Shown here one piece after another: positions 58,304 through 62,600 of a stretch of 62,600 nucleotides of DNA. Position numbers and translations under genes: made by a program. Position 1 is the first letter of the stretch, and each line of letters opens with the position of its first letter. The notes below the pieces were generated by a model that saw nothing but the letters and a program-made list of their open reading frames with translations, had not been told where the DNA came from and ran no database searches. Source of the DNA: a virus (lineage: Duplodnaviria > Caudoviricetes); the IMG/VR virus record IMGVR_UViG_3300006793_005371, positions 1 to 62,600 of that record. One strand, 5' to 3'.

Positions 58304-58681
58304 ATGAAAGATAGAATTATAGGATTTTTATTTGTAGCAATCATGATAAGTGGTTGTGCAAACTTTAAAGATTATGTACCAGAAGATTTTGATGGTAACG
58401 AGTATATGAAACTTGCAGAACTATCTGTGGTAGCAGATTTAAGTGAAACATGCAATGGCATGGAAATGACAAGCATGAGATTTTATAGTGCCGTACTTAT
58501 GAAGTACAGCGAAGGTACACTTAAAGAAAACATAGCAGAAATATACGCAGGAATACATGCCTTAACAGTAGAAATAAGTGAAAGAGAAAATCCTTCACCA
58601 GCATACTGTAGAATTAAAAGAGCAAACATTTCAAAGTTAGTAGATGAAGCAATGGATACATTTGGAGACAGGAAAAAATAA
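58304..58681 (+). CDS. Putative lipoprotein
   Basis: Signal peptide with ISGC lipobox. Confidence 0.65.
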   Translation: MKDRIIGFLFVAIMISGCANFKDYVPEDFDGNEYMKLAELSVVADLSETCNGMEMTSMRFYSAVLMKYSEGTLKENIAEIYAGIHALTVEISERENPSPAYCRIKRANISKLVDEAMDTFGDRKK

Positions 58682-58899
58682 TGAGCGATTACACACAATT
58701 AGAAGAAGATTTAAAGTCACAAGTACTAGAACTTAAAACATTAGTAGAAGCAGGCGATTTGTCCGAAGACGAATACAGCGAGTTAGTTGAAGATATTACA
58801 GACTCTGCTAAAATTAGTGCTAGGATAGGAACTGAAGCAGATGCAGTAATGGTTGGTAAAATCATTGATGCTGTTAAGTTAATAGCAAGTTTGGTCTAA
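58681..58899 (+). CDS. Hypothetical protein
   Basis: TAATG coupling both ends. Confidence 0.55.
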   Translation: MSDYTQLEEDLKSQVLELKTLVEAGDLSEDEYSELVEDITDSAKISARIGTEADAVMVGKIIDAVKLIASLV

Positions 58900-59711
58900 T
58901 GAGCACCCTCAAACTTGGTATCATTGGTTGCGGCTTTGTAGGCGGATCAGTGAACAAAGGCTTTGACAAGGATGTTGAAAAATTTATAGTAGACCCTAAA
59001 GTTGAAAACAGCGTCTCACTACAGGAACTTGTTGAAGCAGGACCAAGTATCACTTTTGTGTGCTTACCTACTCCACAACAAGAAACCCACCAAGACGTTG
59101 ATATATACATAGTAAGAGATATGTTAGCACAACTAGAAGCACTAGAATACAAAGGTATTGTAGTACTTAAAAGCACTATTACACCATATTACTTAACCAA
59201 GTTTAAAAAAGACTTCCAACTAAAAATAGTTTACAATCCAGAATTCCTCAGAGAAACAAATGCAGATTATGATTTTATAAATCCTGATATGCAAATACTA
59301 GGTGGCAAATGGAAAGAATGTGAAGTTGTTGAAAAGGCTTATGTAAGACACAGTTCTGTAAAAGTAGTACCTACATTTAAAACAGATCTCATTACAGCAA
59401 GTTTCTTAAAATACACAATTAATAGTTGGTTAGCAACCAAAGTAGCATTCTTTAATGAACTACACGAGCTATTCGAACAAAGCGGCTCAAACAGTTCATG
59501 GGAACAATTTACAGAGATGCTTAGGAACGATGAACGTATAGGCAAAAGTCATATGCAAGTACCAGGACCCGACGGACAGTTTGGATATGGTGGTTCATGT
59601 TTTCCTAAGGACACTAATGCATTACTATATTATGCAAAGCAAACAGCCAACGGTAAGTCGCCTTTGACCATATTAGAATCAGCAGTAAAAAGTAATAGCA
59701 AACGTCGATAA
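58899..59711 (+). CDS. ugd: UDP-glucose/GDP-mannose dehydrogenase family (short form)
   Basis: GCGFVG, CLPTP, KSTI, NPEFLRE, KY..N, GYGGSCFPKD. Confidence 0.9.
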   Translation: MSTLKLGIIGCGFVGGSVNKGFDKDVEKFIVDPKVENSVSLQELVEAGPSITFVCLPTPQQETHQDVDIYIVRDMLAQLEALEYKGIVVLKSTITPYYLTKFKKDFQLKIVYNPEFLRETNADYDFINPDMQILGGKWKECEVVEKAYVRHSSVKVVPTFKTDLITASFLKYTINSWLATKVAFFNELHELFEQSGSNSSWEQFTEMLRNDERIGKSHMQVPGPDGQFGYGGSCFPKDTNALLYYAKQTANGKSPLTILESAVKSNSKRR

Positions 59712-59739
59712 CACATAAATAAGGATATAGGGAGACGCA

Positions 59740-60486
59740 ATGTTCGAACAATATCATAATTTTTTAAGTCCAGAATTACTAAAGACTCTGCAAGACACAT
59801 ACATGAATGACCAAGTTCGATGGACTCACAGAGACTTTGGCAGGTTCTTTTGTTACTTTAATGAAAATCATCATGAACAAATAGTAGAAGAACTGTATAA
59901 CAACGAAAACTTACCCACATACCATAATAATAAAATGATGAGACATCATCACATGTACTTACAAAGGTTTGTTCCTGGTAGTTGGTTGCCGTTGCATAGA
60001 GAAAGATGTTATGGCGTTTTAACAATATATATTAATCCTGATGAAGACTGGAATGAAAATAATCCAGCACCAAAATTTATATACTATACAACGCAGGATT
60101 TACATAACTTAGAAGCACACAAGAATTCATATGATATACATTGTAATTCAGGTACATACTTCTTAACAACTGACGATTCCAAAGCACCAGAGTATAATGC
60201 ATACCACAAAGTTGAATATAATGAGAGCAACACTAGTAGATATGCAGTACAAATGTTCTTTGGTCCTGCACAAGAAGACTTTGGTACTATGTCTGGCAAC
60301 TCAAACACTCAATTTAGAAACTTTAAACACACAGAGTCTTATACAGACACAAATCAAAATCAGACACTAAAGGCAATAACAACAGGAGCACTACAACTTC
60401 CTGAACTTGGACAACTAGTTGGTACTCGTGAAGAATGGAATCGTGATAATGCTGAAATTATACAACGGTTAGAGCAAGATGGCTGA
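59740..60486 (+). CDS. 2OG-Fe(II) oxygenase-like
   Basis: LPLHRE, TIYIN..W, HKV, RYAVQ. Confidence 0.65.
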   Translation: MFEQYHNFLSPELLKTLQDTYMNDQVRWTHRDFGRFFCYFNENHHEQIVEELYNNENLPTYHNNKMMRHHHMYLQRFVPGSWLPLHRERCYGVLTIYINPDEDWNENNPAPKFIYYTTQDLHNLEAHKNSYDIHCNSGTYFLTTDDSKAPEYNAYHKVEYNESNTSRYAVQMFFGPAQEDFGTMSGNSNTQFRNFKHTESYTDTNQNQTLKAITTGALQLPELGQLVGTREEWNRDNAEIIQRLEQDG

Positions 60487-61129
60487 TAAACATTTTACCT
60501 TCTATGAGAACATACTAAGCGAAGAATTAATAGAGGAACTACACAATTACTATTGTGGTAACACATTAAACTTATCAGCAAAACAACACGGTCAAGAGAT
60601 AGTTGATTGGTTTGTGGCTGGTGAGGCAAGAGGTGTTGTGCCTGCTACTGTTAACTTAACACCAGACCATCAAATGCGTATACTCGATGAACTATACAGC
60701 AACAAAGAATTACCATTGTACAAAAATAAAAAAATGCTAAGAGGATTAGGTTTTCCTATGAGGATAAACAACTTCTTACCTGGTGGCACTTTGCCTCCAC
60801 ACACCGATACAGTATGGGCTTCATTAACTTTATTTCTAAACAAAGAATGGAAAGAAGAATGGGGCGGTCAGTTCGTTTGGTACAAAGACGAAGACACTGA
60901 ACAAGAAAATGGTATATCATACACTCCTAAGTATAACTGTGGTATGATAGATGTATATGATGATATGACTGTAGGTGCCTTGCACAGAGTCTTAGAAGTC
61001 ACACACGATATAGAAAGGTGTACTGTACAAGCATTCTTTGGCTTGAAGCCTGGTGGTGGGCAAATAGGACAAATACCAGAAAAGTTTCAGCATCTGTTAC
61101 CAAAGAACGTAACACTTCCTTACAAATAA
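60479..61129 (+). CDS. 2OG-Fe(II) oxygenase
   Basis: PHTD, LFLNKEWKEEWGG, HRV, R.TVQ. Confidence 0.8.
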   Translation: MADKHFTFYENILSEELIEELHNYYCGNTLNLSAKQHGQEIVDWFVAGEARGVVPATVNLTPDHQMRILDELYSNKELPLYKNKKMLRGLGFPMRINNFLPGGTLPPHTDTVWASLTLFLNKEWKEEWGGQFVWYKDEDTEQENGISYTPKYNCGMIDVYDDMTVGALHRVLEVTHDIERCTVQAFFGLKPGGGQIGQIPEKFQHLLPKNVTLPYK

Positions 61130-61132
61130 GTC

Positions 61133-61161
61133 TTGACAACAAGACAAAACAATAGTATAAT
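61133..61161 (+). promoter_or_regulatory. sigma70-type promoter, 5 nt before ATG
   Basis: TTGACA-N17-TATAAT-taatt-ATG. Confidence 0.75.
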
Positions 61162-61166
61162 TAATT

Positions 61167-61703
61167 ATGAAAATTGCGATCACAGGACACAGTAAAGGTA
61201 TTGGCAAAGCATTGTTCGACGAACTCTCTACAGAACATGAAGTAGAAGGGTTCAGTAGAAGTAACGGCTTTGACATACAACAAACTAATATGATAGTTAG
61301 AGCAGTAAAAGGCTTTGACGTATTTGTAAACAATGCATACAGTGACTACAGTCAAACTAAATTGCTAAAAGAAGTGTTTAGCAAATGGCAAGATGACAAA
61401 AGTAAGACTATAGTTAATATTGTAAGTAGGTCCAAATACTTTAGAGTTGGCATGACACGAAGCGATGAGTATTGTATGCAAAAAAGAGCATTGAGCGATA
61501 TGGCTGAGGTATTCCAATTAACAACAAAGAAAAAATGTCGCATTATAAATATCAATCCTGGCTATGTAAAAACAGATATGGTATCAGATTTGGCTGATGA
61601 CATAGATATGCTAACGCCGGAGGAATGTGCTGGAATGATTGCTTGGGCAATTAACCAGCCACAACACATAGAAGTAGGGGAACTTAGTCTATGGAGACCT
61701 TAA
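61167..61703 (+). CDS. Short-chain dehydrogenase/reductase
   Basis: ITGHSKGIG, VNNA, YCMQK, INPGYVKT. Confidence 0.9.
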   Translation: MKIAITGHSKGIGKALFDELSTEHEVEGFSRSNGFDIQQTNMIVRAVKGFDVFVNNAYSDYSQTKLLKEVFSKWQDDKSKTIVNIVSRSKYFRVGMTRSDEYCMQKRALSDMAEVFQLTTKKKCRIININPGYVKTDMVSDLADDIDMLTPEECAGMIAWAINQPQHIEVGELSLWRP

Positions 61704-61858
61704 GAAAGTTTTGGAGACTGTGGGCTAAAGCCATAGGGGAAAAAGAAGGAACAACAGATGCAGAAGCAGATAAAATTGCAATGATACGAACAGTTATTGT
61801 TGGTGTTAACTTTATTACATGCTTCTTTATTATAGCAGGAAATATACACAATTGGTGA
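61691..61858 (+). CDS. Small membrane protein of T4-like phage type (55 aa)
   Basis: WRLWAKAIGEK...EADKIAMIRT...AGNIHNW. Confidence 0.65.
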   Translation: METLRKFWRLWAKAIGEKEGTTDAEADKIAMIRTVIVGVNFITCFFIIAGNIHNW

Positions 61859-61862
61859 TTAA

Positions 61863-62600
61863 ATGAGAGAACTTTGGACAGAAAAATATCGACCTTCAAG
61901 CATAGACACATATGTCTTTAGAGATGAAGGTCAACGCCAGCAGGTAAGTGGCTGGGTACAAGAAGGGGCACTTCCGCACTTGCTATTTAGTGGTGCCCCT
62001 GGAACAGGTAAGACTACTCTAGCAAAAGTCTTACTGAAAGAATTAGATGTTGACAACATGGACATACTAGAAATAAATGCTAGTAACGAAAACAATGTTG
62101 ACACTATTCGTAATAAGATTACAAACTTTAGTAGCACTATGCCTTTTGGTGATTTGAAATATGTATTGCTAGATGAGGCTGACTATATTACTCCAAATGG
62201 CCAGGCGGCATTGCGTGGCGTTATGGAAATGTATCACACCAGTTGTAGATTTATATTAACATGTAACTACCCACAACGTATTATTCCTGCATTGCATAGC
62301 AGATGTCAAGGCTTTCATATTGAGAAGTTAGACATACAAGAGTTTACAGCAAGACTGGCAACTATATGTATTGAAGAAAACGTACAAATAGATTTAGAAA
62401 CATTAGACACTTATGTACAAGCAAGTTATCCTGACTTGCGTAAAAGTATTAACCTTGTTCAACAAAACGTTGTAGAGGGTGTGTTACAAGCACCACAGGT
62501 AGGCGATAGCGGTACTAGTGACTGGATGCTTGATGTAGTAACATTGTTCAAGCAAGGCGAATACAAGAAAGCAAGAGAACTTATTGTAAGCCAAGCAAGA
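61863..62600 (+). CDS. Sliding-clamp loader AAA+ subunit (T4 gp44/RFC-like), runs off window
   Basis: WTEKYRP, HLLFSGAPGTGKTT, LEINAS, LLDEAD, FILTCNY, LHSRC. Confidence 0.95.
   Translation, partial: MRELWTEKYRPSSIDTYVFRDEGQRQQVSGWVQEGALPHLLFSGAPGTGKTTLAKVLLKELDVDNMDILEINASNENNVDTIRNKITNFSSTMPFGDLKYVLLDEADYITPNGQAALRGVMEMYHTSCRFILTCNYPQRIIPALHSRCQGFHIEKLDIQEFTARLATICIEENVQIDLETLDTYVQASYPDLRKSINLVQQNVVEGVLQAPQVGDSGTSDWMLDVVTLFKQGEYKKARELIVSQAR

Noticed and set aside
1-62600. CRISPR array, integrase, transposase or reverse transcriptase
   Set aside because: No regularly spaced repeats or matching motifs seen
1-62600. Stop-codon reassignment
   Set aside because: Conserved genes are full length in code 11 and end at TAG (clpS, clpP) or TGA

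Overview
AT-rich, densely coding 62.6-kb segment of a large T4-like (jumbo) dsDNA bacteriophage, standard genetic code. Host is inferred to be a proteobacterium, probably an aquatic gammaproteobacterium (consensus sigma70 promoters; gamma-type IscS and NfuA). The window holds phage replication and virion-type genes (clamp loader, DnaE fragment, PKD-repeat and related probable virion proteins, acidic probable head proteins), four tRNAs, and many host-derived genes: Fe-S/iron (IscS, IscU, A-type carrier, NfuA, SufS, SufE-like, Fpr, bacterioferritin, cytochrome c, peroxiredoxin), proteostasis/translation (ClpX, ClpP, ClpS, Hsp20, GroES, Def, bS21, bL33), and metabolism (NadE, GuaC, FabF, QueD, GH6, UvsE, sugar-nucleotide enzymes, 2OG oxygenases). 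Main signals the ORF list does not explain: (1) a late-promoter-like box TAAATA lies exactly 5 nt before the ATG in ten genes with no room for a Shine-Dalgarno, implying leaderless late mRNAs; (2) a ~500-nt highly structured intergenic RNA candidate at ~27028-27535 behind the same box, plus three smaller structured RNA candidates. Product calls come from motifs recognised by eye; no database search was run.
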